This document shows positions 10,140-22,794 of a stretch of 37,432 nucleotides of DNA, one piece after another. Numbering within the stretch: the stretch's first letter is position 1; each line of letters begins with the position of its first letter. The stretch is from the NCBI RefSeq assembly GCF_001194135.2, contig NC_068982.1, positions 87,779,110-87,816,541 of the forward strand, given 5' to 3'. A program made the position numbers and the translations under genes. The notes beneath the pieces were generated by a model, which was given only the letters and a program-made list of their open reading frames with translations, was not told where the DNA came from and searched no databases. The stretch is from Octopus bimaculoides. Taxonomy: Eukaryota.

Positions 10140-11922
10140 GGGAGAAGATGTACTCGTATAATTGTCAGTAGAGTGGGTATATTATCCGAATTTTATAGTA
10201 TTATGTATCCATCATAGCTGATCTTAGCAATCGGTTTCGCATAAAGAATACAATGGAGTGTTAGGTAACAATCTATTTATGTAACTCTTCACTCATCAGA
10301 GATAGCCGATATGGAAGAAAATATGGCGGCTGCTGTGAAAAATGTGGTGAGTACTTATATCCCTTGGTTGGGTGTGCTGTAAGGCGCTGGCAAGAGTTAT
10401 CCCGAAGTGGGGGGGAAGTGTGTATTATTAATGTGGTGTCTCTGCGGGGATTGGGTGTGTGGTATGTGTAGCGATGTCATATGTATAATTTTTTCCGGGG
10501 ATGTAGGTCTATATAGCTGTGTTTGTTGGTCTGTTTATCTTTCTGTAAAGGATAAAGACATGTGTTTTTTTTTATATTAACGTGCGGTGTGTAATGTGTG
10601 TGTGTGTATGTGGGGGTGGGTGGAGGGTGGACTGTGTACATGTGAAAGTACAATTTGCTTGAGAGGGTATGTGTTGGGGTGGTAGGTGATAGTCATTTGC
10701 AGGGTGTTTGCCTTATAGAGTGTGTGTACATGGGTGCATTGATGTGTGCCTTGGTCAGACTTTTTTGCTGAGCTCAAGAGCATTGGTAGAAGGTCGTTTG
10801 CAGAAGGTCGAGGCAGGGGATCTGTGGTTGCAGTCATGGTGGGGCGGGCAGGTACGATTAAATGTACTTCCTTTCATGCGAGCAAGAATTAAACACCACT
10901 CCTACTATTCGGGTAAACATCCGGGCGTTGGGTACGTTTTAAAATCGTTCTCTTCTCAGCCAGGCATAATCTGCACTTCCTGCTGTTATTGAAGAACGGC
11001 TTGCATCTCTCTAGGATCTTCCACTTTATGCTGTACTCCGTGGCGCTTTCTTTCAAAATCCAGACGTGCTTGGCTAGGGTTGTGGCGTTACATCTCTCTG
11101 GGATGTTGAATGAGTACTTGTGGTTATCAAAATGGGTTCTGAAGGGGCCGTCCATGACCCCCTCATAATTCTGCACGCTCGGTTGTCTATTGGGTCCTGT
11201 TGCTGTTACTTCTACCTCGCAAAGAACTGTTTCCGTATTGCAGTGGCCGTTTAGTGGGCAAGTTGTGTTACCCCTGAATGAGCATCCTGCCTCAGTCTCA
11301 TGTGTGAGCCTACCTACTAAAATCTTTTTTACGCTAGGTGCACAGCTAAAGGATAATCTCAGAGTATGATTATCAAATATTTTGTTGAATCTATTGGTAC
11401 GGGGGAAGTGTCTATCAATTGAATTGAGGAAGATCTTTCCTACTCTTGTTCTAACGTTTAAAGAGAATGGCGGTGTGAACCACAGTACTTTCCAGTGGCG
11501 CTTTCTCTTGGTGGGGCTAGGGTCTGGCATGTAACTAATACTATTCATGAGACTGCTGGCAGCCAGAGCCCGGTTGTAGTATGAGGCGGCAGCAACAAAG
11601 ATCTCTTTGCTTGAAGACAAGCTGGATATTCCCTTGCTGACACCCTTAACCAGGTTCCAGGACACTACGGCTGGATGGCAGAAACCTGTGTTAATGTAGG
11701 ACAACTTCTCATTTGGTTTTCTAAAGGGCCTATAGGCATATGATTCCAGGGCCAGGGTCACGTCAAGGAAATCTGATGTTTTTAGGTTGGCCTCTATAGT
11801 GACCTTCAGTCCAATGGAGTTTATGGTGTTTGTGAGGTCCTTTCTGAGCCTATCTAGCGTATGGCCGTTAGCCCCTCTTTATATTGCCAGCGCGTTGTCC
11901 CTGTAGAGGTTGTCCATTGAGT
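10140..11922 (-). mobile_element. Penelope-like element (5'-truncated RT plus GIY-YIG)
   Basis: Upstream of the 290-aa ORF, LYRDNAL (degenerate YRDD) and DFLDVTL are present. The ORF has YRPFRKPNEKLSY, WFTPPFSLNV, CPLNGHC, YEG...F..HFDNHKYSF, TTLAKHVW, W.ILERC and CRLCLAEK, the PLE RT thumb plus GIY-YIG. The 5' boundary of the RT and the 3' end are approximate. Confidence 0.9.
10216..10307 (-). ncRNA. Type I hammerhead ribozyme fold with one core-proximal mismatch, in the PLE 3' region
   Basis: Minus strand: GGCTATCT CTGATGA GTGAAGAG...TTCTTTATGC GAAA CC GATT GC TA AGATCAGCT. Stem I is 8 bp with one bulge. Stem II is bulged. The short stem III has a C15.2/C16.2 mismatch. It is in the same orientation as the PLE ORF, and PLEs are known to carry hammerheads. 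Confidence 0.65.
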
Positions 11923-12190
11923 TCTGTTGCTGTTACTTCTGCTTCGTAAACAAATGTCTCCGTATTGCAGTGGCCGTTCAGTGGACAAATTTTGCTTCCC
12001 CTGCATGAGCATCCTGCCTCTGCCTCGTGTTTGGCCCTACCTATTAAAATCTTTTAGACACTTTGCCCTTACTAATAAACTTAGCAAAATATTTAATAGA
12101 CATATCCTGAGATTATCCATTAGCTATGCACCTAGTGTAAAAAAAATGTTAGTAGTTAGGCCTACATCCGAGGCAGAGGCAGGATGAAAC
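11921..12190. mobile_element. Duplicated and inverted PLE segment at the 5' junction
   Basis: 11923-12053 is a diverged direct copy of 11195-11325. 12055-12190 is an opposite-strand copy (RHFALTNKLSKIFNRHILRLSISYAPSVKK vs RHFPRTNRFNKIFDNHTLRLSFSCAPSVKK). A perfect 18-bp inverted repeat lies at 12010-12027 and 12169-12186. Confidence 0.85.
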
Positions 12191-12589
12191 ACTTTTAATT
12201 ATAGGTCTGCTCTTCTATAGCTGCCTGAAGTCTAAACAAGAATCTATTAAGAAATATGACCCATAACAACTTTCTCGCTCATTTATATTAATAATGAGTC
12301 AAGAATCGGCATACGAAGGAACCTCATGTCTTTTCTTGTGATTTTAGGGCTCCAGGATATATTTTCTTTTACTCCTGTCGTATCATGACTTGCATACTTA
12401 GCAGTCTTATACCATGAGTTGAACCAAGAATCCATACTTTTGAATGTATTTAAATTTCATGTGTATCATACGGTAGGATGGCTCTTCTGAACGATTTTAT
12501 CACAAATTAATTTTCTTGATTCGTCTGTTAAATAAAGAATACAGCCTGTAAACGAGCCAACGAGCGAATAACAAATCAAGGCACGAACA

Positions 12590-12795
12590 TATGTAGTCAA
12601 ATCAGCTGTAAGAAGTAGCAGTCAAACCTCTCCCAAATGATACACTACGTTCTTTAAAAAAAATAAGATCACATACTAAATAATTTTCTCAATGCATTAT
12701 GGTTAAGAGAAAAAAGGGAGAAGGAATAGTGATGGCGAGGTTACCTCTGATCCTTTGTCTGCTGGACTCAGACCAAGATCTAGAGTTAACCAACA
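12590..12795 (+). repeat. Degraded interspersed repeat, family D copy
   Basis: Shares aaatc..c.caaat.a.ac...c...tctttaaa and the downstream gat.....gtctgct block with 14845-15030. It is in opposite orientation to 14050-14225. Confidence 0.5.
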
Positions 12796-13514
12796 ATCTA
12801 AAGATAACTAATAGTAGAAACTTACACTTCTTTAGACAGTTTTTCCGTTGTAAATTATGTAACTAAAAAAAGCGTGTGTTGCTTCAGAAGAGAAATAATG
12901 ATCATAACAGAATACAACAGTAAGTGATAGCTTTTACATCTTTCTTAGAGCATTATCTAGAAAATAACAGTTCAGAAACTTTATACGTCTGTATGTGCCT
13001 TGTTAGATATTTAATTTTTGTTTCGTCTATTTGTTTCATGCATGCATCATCCTTATCGTCGGATGTTGAGAGAGCAAGTAATGATTATAAACAATGAATA
13101 AAAGTAAGCGAATGCAATAATAATATTAACAATAACATTAGAAATAAGGATAATAATAGATTTTAAAAAGTACATTAAAAAATAAGGTTTAATAGGAAAC
13201 ACCTGCAGTAAATTTTATCATTGAAATATTACTATAAATGTATAAAGATATTAATTAAAATATTTTATCATTTTTGTTACTGTATTTCTCCAAGAGAAAC
13301 ATTACTGTTTTATTGTTGCAATCGAAATTATTTTTAAAGCTTTGAATATTTATTTCTATACAAAACCAAATAATTCGTGTTTTGTCTTTTAACTTTATCG
13401 TTTGCTAAAGGGAGAAAAATGTAACTCTTTCAAATATCTTTCAGCTATAATGAAATGCATGCTTTTTTTCGTAGAACAATCACTTATATCGTTCTACACG
13501 TTTTTCCTCTCCAG

Positions 13515-13583
13515 GGTTATAATTTGCTGCTGTGGCAGAAGAAAGGCAAATTTCACAAAGGAGATTCTTATTTGATTGTAAAG
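13515..13583 (+). CDS. Coding exon of a gelsolin/villin-family gene (segment 1)
   Basis: Acceptor tttttcctctccag, donor aag/gtaata. 69 nt, phase 0-0, and only this frame is open: GYNLLLWQKKGKFHKGDSYLIVK. It joins in frame to exon 35067-35132 to give the G.F..GDSY.I...IHFWIG signature. Confidence 0.85.
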
Positions 13584-14049
13584 GTAATATTACATTTATA
13601 TAAACAACTCCAAATCATATGAAATTACCATATCCCATTAATGCTTTTCTATGCATTCTCGTTATCAGCAGAAAATATACACATCAGCTCATTTTTCAAT
13701 ACGTTTTTATGAAGAATGAGGGATGGAGTTATTGTTTTATGTCCAGACTTTATCTCTGTTCTATGTATTTACGAGATTTTTAAATAATAAATAATTCTAA
13801 AGTTAAATAGGATATACACTTTTTCCTGTGTTTTACAATATCTATGAGTTAAAAGTAAGAGGGAATAAGAACGTAAGAGATAATGATGGAGCTGGCACCT
13901 ATTTATATATCGATTTATCTGGTTCTGAAATGTGAGCAGATGTTGCTGAGATACGTGGGCTGCAATCACGGAAAACTGTCAACTGAATTTGTGATGAAAT
14001 GTAAATTAAGTTGCTGAGATATAAGATATGAAGCTATGGTTTTATTATA

Positions 14050-14225
14050 ATTTAGATCCAAGTCATACCTGATTGAGTAGATCTATGGAAGGTGGGGATT
14101 AAAGTTGTGATCATCTATCCATGGCCGACAATGTTCCTTGTGTTCTTCCTTTCTTTAACACTGTAAAATGTGATTTGAGTGAGATTTAGTAAATGGTTCT
14201 AGTACATCGAGTAACTATCAGGAGC
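14050..14225 (-). repeat. Family D repeat copy, inverted
   Basis: tgtgatttgagtgagattt and cctgattgagtagatctatg match the reverse complement of motifs in 12590-12795 and 14845-15030. Confidence 0.5.
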
Positions 14226-14269
14226 GTCACTATTTGGGTTGCAAGAGAACTGTGGGCTAAATTTCGTAT

Positions 14270-14640
14270 TACATTAAAAACTAAGTACACCAATTATCAT
14301 TGGTAGAGATGTGAATTGATAATCTGAATATAGAAGCTGGAGGTTTAGGAGCAGTTGTCCGTAGTTAACCTCTTTCTCATTGATTTTCGAGAAGATATTC
14401 AAATCAACAAGGTAGCTGACCTCTTTGAAAGTGCAAACAACTATCCAGCCTGTCATGAATGCACATGTTAGAAGTTTTGATGGGAATGTTACACCAATAT
14501 TCCTTGTGTTGATGTTTATGTATTCAAAATCAGGGATTCTCCGTGTTTATCTCGAACAGTCTTTTCATCAGATGGTGTTGTATATTCTAATACATTTTCT
14601 TTCCATTATAGGCATATTTTATTTGATAAAATAACTTCTT
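14270..14640 (-). pseudogene. Degraded RLE endonuclease region of a non-LTR retrotransposon (related to the 26.4-27.4 kb copies)
   Basis: Frameshifted minus-strand translation: KEYWCNIPIKTSNMCIHDRLD, then EVSYLVDLNIFSKINEKEVNYGQLLLNLQLLYSDYQFTSLPMIIGVL. This parallels EISC...NI.LNISEKENTY...LRNLHLI..NYKFRF...IG at 26440-26620. Confidence 0.72.
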
Positions 14641-14844
14641 TCTTGCTTCCAAAATTAAATATTTCAGATTTTACTTAAGTATAAAAGCTTTACTTCATAG
14701 TATTCTTGTTCAACCATCTTCAAATGTCTTTAGTCTATGTGGAACAGCTTCCTCGAAGTCGCTAATCCCTTAACCAGTAATTGTTAAAGAAATAAAACTA
14801 TTACCTTCAGAATATAAAGCAAAAATAACAAGCTAACAAGTGAG

Positions 14845-15030
14845 CATTTGCGTCGTTATTTGACCTTTTAAAATCATCAATCAAGTTAACATCAAATCAT
14901 ACCGCACAGTCTTAAATTATATCTAATACTTCATCGTATAATTTTATTATTAGATACTTGATACAGGAAAAAATGGTTTGGCCATTCTTGGAAAGTTTTT
15001 GATTATAAGTCTTCCTAATTAGGGTCAATG
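14845..15030 (+). repeat. Family D repeat copy
   Basis: Homologous to 12590-12795. Confidence 0.45.
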
Positions 15031-15267
15031 TGTGATTGAACAACTACAACACCAGAGATATCCGACACCTTTAGATTAAACAACATAAAGCAGCCATTAA
15101 CTCGGAATGAAATGATTAGACACAGTTGTTTGGACGCTGACGATTTAGCACGGATGACTGGACATTCAACCCGTTTTTGTGACAATACATTTTGGCGTAG
15201 GTGCCAAACACGCCCGCGCGCACGCACACTCATGCACGCACAGAGATATATGCCTACAGATAGAACG

Positions 15268-15279
15268 TGTGAGAGAGAA

Positions 15280-15315
<36 letters not shown>
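15268..15315. repeat. (GA)n microsatellite
   Basis: Direct read. Confidence 0.95.
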
Positions 15316-15316
<1 letters not shown>

Positions 15317-17759
15317 CAGGGGAGAACGAGAGAAGCATTAAAACGAGTGAAACATTAAAACATATGAGGGAAAAATAGTCTGCGCAAAATCAGTTACTCA
15401 AAATAGTTAACGCCAAACGGGCTGTGACAAAACGTTTCACACTTCCATTTACTGTACTGCACCAGTAAATATGGCTACAACAGGCAATGATTTCTATATT
15501 ACAGCTATCACTCGTAAGTGTAACTGTTTATGTGAAGTGAAATATCCTATTTTATGAGTTTTACTGTAACTGTGATTGTTACACAACCTACTGGAACTCC
15601 CCCTGAGTGGAAGAATAGAGTAAATCGAAAAAATGGAGTTTGGCAGTTTGTGAAAGAAACGTGTTGCAGTAGTCGAGTAAACGCCGAATCCTGAAGGTTG
15701 CGATTTATGGTGCAGAAAGAGAGAAAATTAATAAAAGAATGGTTGACTAGATCCAGCTGTTTAAAGCATGGAATATACGAAATCCTAAACAACATCTTGA
15801 ATACAAAATGAATGAAGAAACAGTTTGAATATTTGTTGTAAGAGGAAATATTGAAGTGTGGTATGAAATTAGAAATAGAATGAAGTGTAATATAACGAAA
15901 TGAGAAGTTACTCTAATATAGGATGAATTGATTGTTGGATGAGGTTTAGACACCTCTCAGGTAATTAGTAATTCCTGGTTCCCAGTACGAAAATAAATAT
16001 TCATGATGTAACCAGAGAATTCTTGGTGCTTTATTGTATATTTAAGGATTTATCGTGTGAATCGAAGAAAGCTTTGTGAGAAATAATAGGATTTTGCCGG
16101 TTTTATATGATGAAATAATTGATGTTTACTACTCTGATTTGAAGAAATATTTGCTTGTCCAAGTGTATAAAAATCTATTAGCCAAGTGTTCATAACGAAA
16201 GTGAAAGGAACAAACAAATAAATAAATAAATAAACGCTTGTAGTTTTCTAAATCAGCTAAGGAGTCAAAATGTCTCCCTCTCTCTCTTTCTCTCTCTCTC
16301 TCACACACACATATAATATAATATATATATATATATATGTGTATATATNNNNNNNNNNNNNNNNNNNNNNNNNNNNNNNNNNNNNNNNNNNNNNNNNNNN
16401 NNNNNNNNNNNNNNNNNNNNNNNNNNNNNNNNNNNNNNNNNNNNNNNNNNNNNNNNNNNNNNNNNNNNNNNNNNNNNNNNNNNNNNNNNNNNNNNNNNNN
16501 NNNNNNNNNNNNNNNNNNNNNNNNNNNNNNNNNNNNNNNNNNNNNNNNNNNNNNNNNACACACACACACACACACATACACACACAAACACACACACACG
16601 CACATATATGTATATGTGTACATACATACATACATACATACACACAATATCCCATCCAAAAGTAAGAGTATTTAAGAAAGTAAAAAAATATCAACTAGAG
16701 CAGGTATCACCATGACAGCTTTCTCTGTCATGATCAATACGACGATCACACGTTATATACGTTACTTCGAAGCGCTGCTGTAAACAGTGGGAGTGAGCTA
16801 GAATGGTAAAACTTAGTGCGCCTGCACAGCAGAGTTGAAGGTCAATCTGTGCCAAGCGCTTCACTCTGCGTGCAACAACTTCGTTACTATGGCAGCAGTC
16901 CGGATACTTATTGATTAAACCTCGTACATACAGACATACATAGATACATTAGATACATACATACATATATATATTTATGTATTAATGGAAGTGTACAATA
17001 TTATATATCCACACTAATGCCGATCTTAAATATATATATATGTATATATATATATATNNNNNNNNNNNNNNNNNNNNNNNNNNNNNNNNNNNNNNNNNNN
17101 NNNNNNNNNNNNNNNNNNNNNNNNNNNNNNNNNNNNNNNNNNNNNNNNNNNNNNNNNNNNNNNNNNNNNNNNNNNNNNNNNNNNNNNNNATAATAATAAT
17201 AATAATAATAATATAGATTTAATCAAAAGATTAAATGTGGTACTTAAAATGTATGTGGCACCAGAATTTGGTAGCGTAAAAACCAAAAACAAAATCAAGA
17301 GATTTGGTGAATAAAATTTGAAGAAAAGCAACAAAAATGTATTAGGTTATAGCAGTACGTACGTTTCGTACAAACTTCATTTATTTATGAAGTGGGAACA
17401 CCACATAAGATGTGCAATGAAAATGTACTCCTCAGCTGCATAATGGAAGTTCATTTCAGAAAGTCATTTTGTAAATGTGTGTAAATACAAGAGTAGGAGA
17501 TGAAGAAAATACCATCTTGCTGCGCTGTTAATCAGCAGTCTAGTGAATCAAACAGGAATTTAATTTAGTATGGTTTTCCTTCGGTTTCGGCGATGAGTAT
17601 CCCGTTTTTCGATAAACTGTGTTACCTATTCATTAACATGTACACAGCTAAGCATTCCACCGACACGTGTTTTCTTATTGTAATTCTTGGACAGTATCAG
17701 CGTACCACACTGTATGAGGCAACGCTGTACCTTTGAACTACAGGTACAATCCAGGTGCC

Positions 17760-17903
17760 AGGCTTCTACATAGTTTACCAAGTTCTTTCACAAGGCATTG
17801 GACAGCTCAGGGCCATTGTAGAAGACACTTGCCTTGAGTGCCGCACAGGGGACTGAACCCGAAGCCACGTGGTTGCAAAGCGAGCTTCTTAACTACACAG
17901 CCT
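17760..17903 (-). mobile_element. Family-A SINE 5' half
   Basis: cacaaggcattgg...gtagaagacacttgcc...gggactgaacc...ttaactacacagcc is homologous to 71-235. Confidence 0.8.
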
Positions 17904-18984
17904 TTACTTATGCTAAAAAAAGAAATAAAATATTCGTTTGGCCATAACACCATGCAGCGAGATCGAACTGGGGATCTCAGGATTAACGTAGGCATGACCT
18001 AAAAGTTAAAAAATATATGTATAAACAGCCATACATATATATTCTTATATATATGTATGTGTACGTGCTTGTGTGTGTGTGTGTGTGTGTGTGTGCGTGC
18101 GCGCACGCTAATCTTTGTGTGTCCCTAATCGATCCTAATCGGGTCTGTTCAGTTTGATTTATAATGAAATTGAAGGCTTGTGATACCTGTGGAGTATCTC
18201 CTTCTCCCATTACAATTATTTCTGTAGTCTTAAGGATCTGGAACACGAAAAAACTTACAAGTGGAGTGCAATTCAACAGTCGTTTATTTTTAGTTCTCGT
18301 TCATGTGGCTCTTTATGGCAGCGCGTGGTTCGTTATAACTCCGTTCACGTGAGGTTCATTATCTCTGGAGATAACAGGTGAAATTAGAGCGGAATAAGAG
18401 TCTGCTGTGAGCTGCCAGCTTCGCAGTGTTTCTCAGCGTAAGCGAGAAGGAAGAAAGAGATATTTCTTTATTACCCATATGGGTCAACAAAGAGGGACAA
18501 TACATCACATTTGGAGATATAAAACAAAGGAAAAAAAAAACTTATGATATAATGAAAAAATGAAAATGAGAAATGAAAATGGTGTTACTTGCCACATCAA
18601 ATAACATCACTTGCTTCCTTTACCTCTGTTCTCCATTATGTCAATCCCATACCGTTTTTTTCAGTTCTTTATATCTTATAGATCGTGGTAAGTTTCCCAT
18701 GTCATAATCTACTTTCCACAGCTCATAATCTCCTTTGTGTTCCTTTATTTCAATCATTTGCTGTTCCGTTATTAACAAAACCGTTGATTGGTTGAAATTA
18801 CCCCAAAACGACAACTTTAACATGAAATAACTTCTAAAATACCAAATTTTGTCAAGAGTGTTCAAAGTAAACTGTATTCCGCATGAGACATTCCACCAGT
18901 ATACGAAGCTTCAAACTGTTTAGTTAAAAAAATATTAATTGAAAAAATCTGAGTCAAACTGAACAGATCCCTCTAATCGCTTGA

Positions 18985-19150
18985 CAACCAGTGAGGGTTT
19001 GTTTACATTGTCCTCGTAACTTAGTAATTCAACAAAAAAGGAACGATAAATTCTAAGTTTAAAATAACCACTGTTGTCTATTTGACAGGCTACACTCTTG
19101 ATGCCTGTCCTCAGCATGACCGCAGTTCAATGATAGAAACAAGTCAAAGA
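18985..19150 (+). mobile_element. Family-A SINE 3' module, degraded
   Basis: cttgacaaccagtg...gtaacttag...cagcatgaccgcagttcaatgatagaaacaag matches 2820-2990. Confidence 0.7.
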
Positions 19151-19368
19151 CTATATGTAAAAAAGAGTATATTTTGTATAGTCACTTTTTAAGTTAATAC
19201 CTCTGATATTTTGATCTTGAGAACACCTACGCACACACACACACACATGAAACTATTCGTTCACTAATGTGTGTGTGTGCATGGTGTGCACGACAAGACA
19301 TGACGCGTCTGTATATGTAAAATCTCTCTCTCTTCATATATATATATATATATATGGTGGCAGTGGCG

Positions 19369-19419
<51 letters not shown>

Positions 19420-19502
19420 NNNNNNNNNNNNNNNNNNNNNNNNNNNNNNNNNNNNNNNNNNNNNNNNNNNNNNNNNNNNNNNNNNNNNNNNNNNNNNNNN
19501 NN

Positions 19503-19560
<58 letters not shown>

Positions 19561-20289
19561 TAGAAGAATGTCAAACATTCTTCCTATAAAATCTATTAAT
19601 AGTTGCAAAATTTTGATGAGCGTTGTCATGTGGTGTCTGAAACTAATTAGCAAGTATTGTTAGCAACGTGGTGAATGCAACGGTTTAATGGTCATTCATA
19701 GTGTGTAAAACATATCGTAGTCTGGTGAAAGAAATATAATTCTAGCAAAAGAATAGGTGACAAAAATAACATAGAATATAATATATGGTAGTGATAGGAC
19801 ATAAAATGCTAACAAGCGCAGTGTAGCACGGTGGGAGGCCTCAGGCAATATACAGTGTTAGTAACAGAACGAGCAGTATTTGTATGTACGTACATACAAT
19901 CGCTATACGTGTCTTTATATGAAAGTACATACAATCTTTGTAATCAGCGTTAATACTATATAAGACGAGTGTTTTATTAGGTTGTAAAATTCTATTTAAA
20001 TTCAGCTTTGAATATAACGTGGAAAAGAATAAACTCCTTCACATCGAATTTTCTGAAATGACTACGCTATGTTCTTTCATTAAACTATTCAATATACCAT
20101 ATCAGCGAATATTTGCATGTTTTGAATGCCGAGAGAATCCTCGGCAGTAAGATAGTGTTTCATAGTAAATGCTTCGTGTCTCATAAGGGAGAACACTTAT
20201 TGTCGTATTGCATTAGTCTAAAAAGTTTTCTATTGAAAATCGTTCCCCAAAAGGCAGCAAGAAATGGGCGCTAGAACAAGCCTCAAGCA

Positions 20290-22140
20290 ACCCTTTTAGT
20301 ACGTTGGGTAGGGAAGGGTAAATAAGTTGAAAGAGGAACAAAAAATAAAATAAAACTGAGAAACTGCTGTGAAAAAGAAAATATCAAAGACTTAAAATAA
20401 TTAAGGTGATTTTCATATGGGAAACAGGAAGGAAGAGAGTTCCATATGATAGAAGTTCGAGGAAAGAAAGTACGAGAGAGAGAGAGAGAGAGGAACATGT
20501 CTTACGAGAGAGAGGAACATATCTTACATCAGTGAAAGGATGGGAATAAGCAAAAAGAAGAGTCACTCGTTTGATAACCTTAAAAGAGGTACTAAAGAAG
20601 AGTGTCCTGCAAAATAATAGATATGAAAGAATTTAAGGAACAGAAATAAAGAAACAAATTTCTCGGCGGTAAAAAGGGAAAGTGAGCTTGAAGTTCAGAT
20701 GCCAAGAAAAGGACCAATGTTAAAAATTCGCTTTCGAACTCGATCAAAGAAAGAAGGAACACGAACAGTAGCACCAGCCTACATGTGATAATAGTGTTCT
20801 ATGCATGGGTGAATAAGAGAAGTATACATTCGGACAAAAGATAGTGACGAGCTCAATATGAAGAACCATCCTTCATAGTAGCTGATTTAGCAATAGAATA
20901 AATAATTCTACAAGACGAAAACTAAAATATTCTGGGAGAACAGTATCAAACATAAAAATAGAAATACCTGAGTTCCTGCAACGATCAGTGGAACGAAGTC
21001 TAGTTTTTGCAGAATTGAAAACAACGAACTACTGAGTACACTGCCGAGTCAAGAGAACCAGCCATTTTCATCCGATCAGCCTTGCTTTTCAAGCAAAAAT
21101 ATACAGTGTCATCCACAAAGATAGAAAAGAAATAGAACCTTCAGGATCATCATATGAAACGGAGAAATAAAAAGAATGATTGCCATTTAAAACAGTTTTG
21201 ATGCTATGATCACCTAAAAAGCAAAAAATTGAAGAATCTTAAGCAATCTTCCAAGATTTCCCTAAAGCTTATGCTTGTAGAAGAGATCAGCATATCAAAT
21301 TCGGACAAATATTTTCGATATGTCAAGGCCAAAAATACTTGCTTCACCACAGCTATCTAAAGTACAGTAGAAGCGTTCCCATATCACTGTCAGGGTCAGA
21401 ACGCAAAATACGTAAATCATACTGCTTATTAGAAAACAGACCAAGTGAATGAGGGTGCCAGACAATCTCTTGATGCGGTCTCATAAATGACCAGCTGACA
21501 TACTTATAGGGGACGCTCTCCATGCGAAATGTGACAGCAAATACCCTGATATTATAGAACTATTGATATAGTAGCCTCTTTCAATGCTCTACCAGAGTTC
21601 GGGCTTCTAACTACCAGCCATCCAGCCTTAGTACCAAAAATTTTGATTAAGCCTATACCCTCAACAAGAGAACATATATAAAACATATATATGTAATGAA
21701 AAATTATAGACAAGGATTTGATAGAGATGAGTGTTCAATATCTTAAGCAAGAAAAATAATTATATTTAAGGCATTTTTATATCTATCCAAAAGATAAGGA
21801 AAAGTACAAGGCTAGGAGATGGGTAAACCTATTTATCCCTAAATCAGTTTAGAATCACTGAAAAAGAGTATTTTTATTTTGACGCCATCACTAAATAGCT
21901 TGCCAGCCAAGGAGAAAGAGACGTTTTTGTCCTCATAAGGAAAGACTCCGCTCCGGATACTAATATAGGATTTTGATGTCAATGGGAAATCCTTAGCCTT
22001 GCACAAGAACCTATTCTAGAACCAGCTCAACCCAGAACTCGTTTAAAGCTAAGCTTTCATGTCTTGAAATTATTACTGAAGTCACTACGGAGTCGTCCGA
22101 AGTAGCTATTTAAGAAATATCAGCACAGCAATACATTATG
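20290..22140 (-). pseudogene. Highly degraded LINE RT (CR1/L2/Jockey-type)
   Basis: Minus-strand fragments: LDSCGEASIFGLDISK (cf. LDISKAFD), FVDDTV, and the C-terminal RTFFPRTSIIWNSLPSCFPYENHLNYFKSLI (cf. SFFPRT..LWNSLP). Many stops and frameshifts. Confidence 0.72.
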
Positions 22141-22794
22141 GAAACAAAATAAACAAAACAAAGGAAATATACTCAATTTTCTCGACAAAAAGAATCTCCA
22201 TGTTTAAAAACATATGTGATATTTCTAAGAAATGAAATGTGAGGAAATTATGTCTATTTTTCTGGTAACTTGGTTAGGATATCAAAATAAGTGATTTTAC
22301 TGATTTCTCGTCAAATTTCTCCCAAATGCACTCCCGTTGTGATGCCGACAAAATTTGCTCGTAATTTCGAAGAAGCTGTATCTTAGTTTACACGCGAGTA
22401 AGCTAATTTATATAATCAACTTATTTTAAACACTGCATATTCCTAACCATTTACGATCAATCATCCATACGAAAGTCTTCCATAATCTCACGATAGCATA
22501 CTTTGTTGCAATCCATTGCCGTCTTGTGTCACTTCAACATCGTATAACATGTTAGATAGTGGTGTTATATAACAAGATATCCAATATATTATATCACCAT
22601 CATTTTCACCTTGATATTTATTTCCATGTGTGGCTTGTCACGTTGCATCACTTTATCACATGATAATTTATAAATTTGTATGTTCAAAAGTTATATAGTA
22701 GGCATAACTGTAGGATGAAGAAATCTACATTTTGCAACCACGAGGTTTCTGGTTTCATCACATCGTTCGGCATCTTTGCGAAGTGCCTAAAACG

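Noticed and set aside
12346-12390. Acceptor followed by GLQ, resembling the start of gelsolin GLQIWRIE
   Set aside because: It continues as DIFSFTPVVS* with no tryptophan and no in-phase donor.
12890-12921. Plus-strand segment with ttgcttcag acceptor and gtaagt donor upstream of the first gelsolin exon
   Set aside because: It is 32 nt, and the only frame giving a phase-0 end contains a stop. It lacks the WRIE motif. It could be a UTR or cryptic exon, but is unsupported.
13830-13935. Plus frame YELKVRGNKNVRDNDGAGT, superficially cadherin-like
   Set aside because: Short, ends in a stop, lacks splice signals and other cadherin motifs.
18641-18865. Minus ORF containing ELWKVD (gelsolin WKVE-like)
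   Set aside because: Wrong strand and position relative to the plus-strand gene, and no supporting downstream motif.
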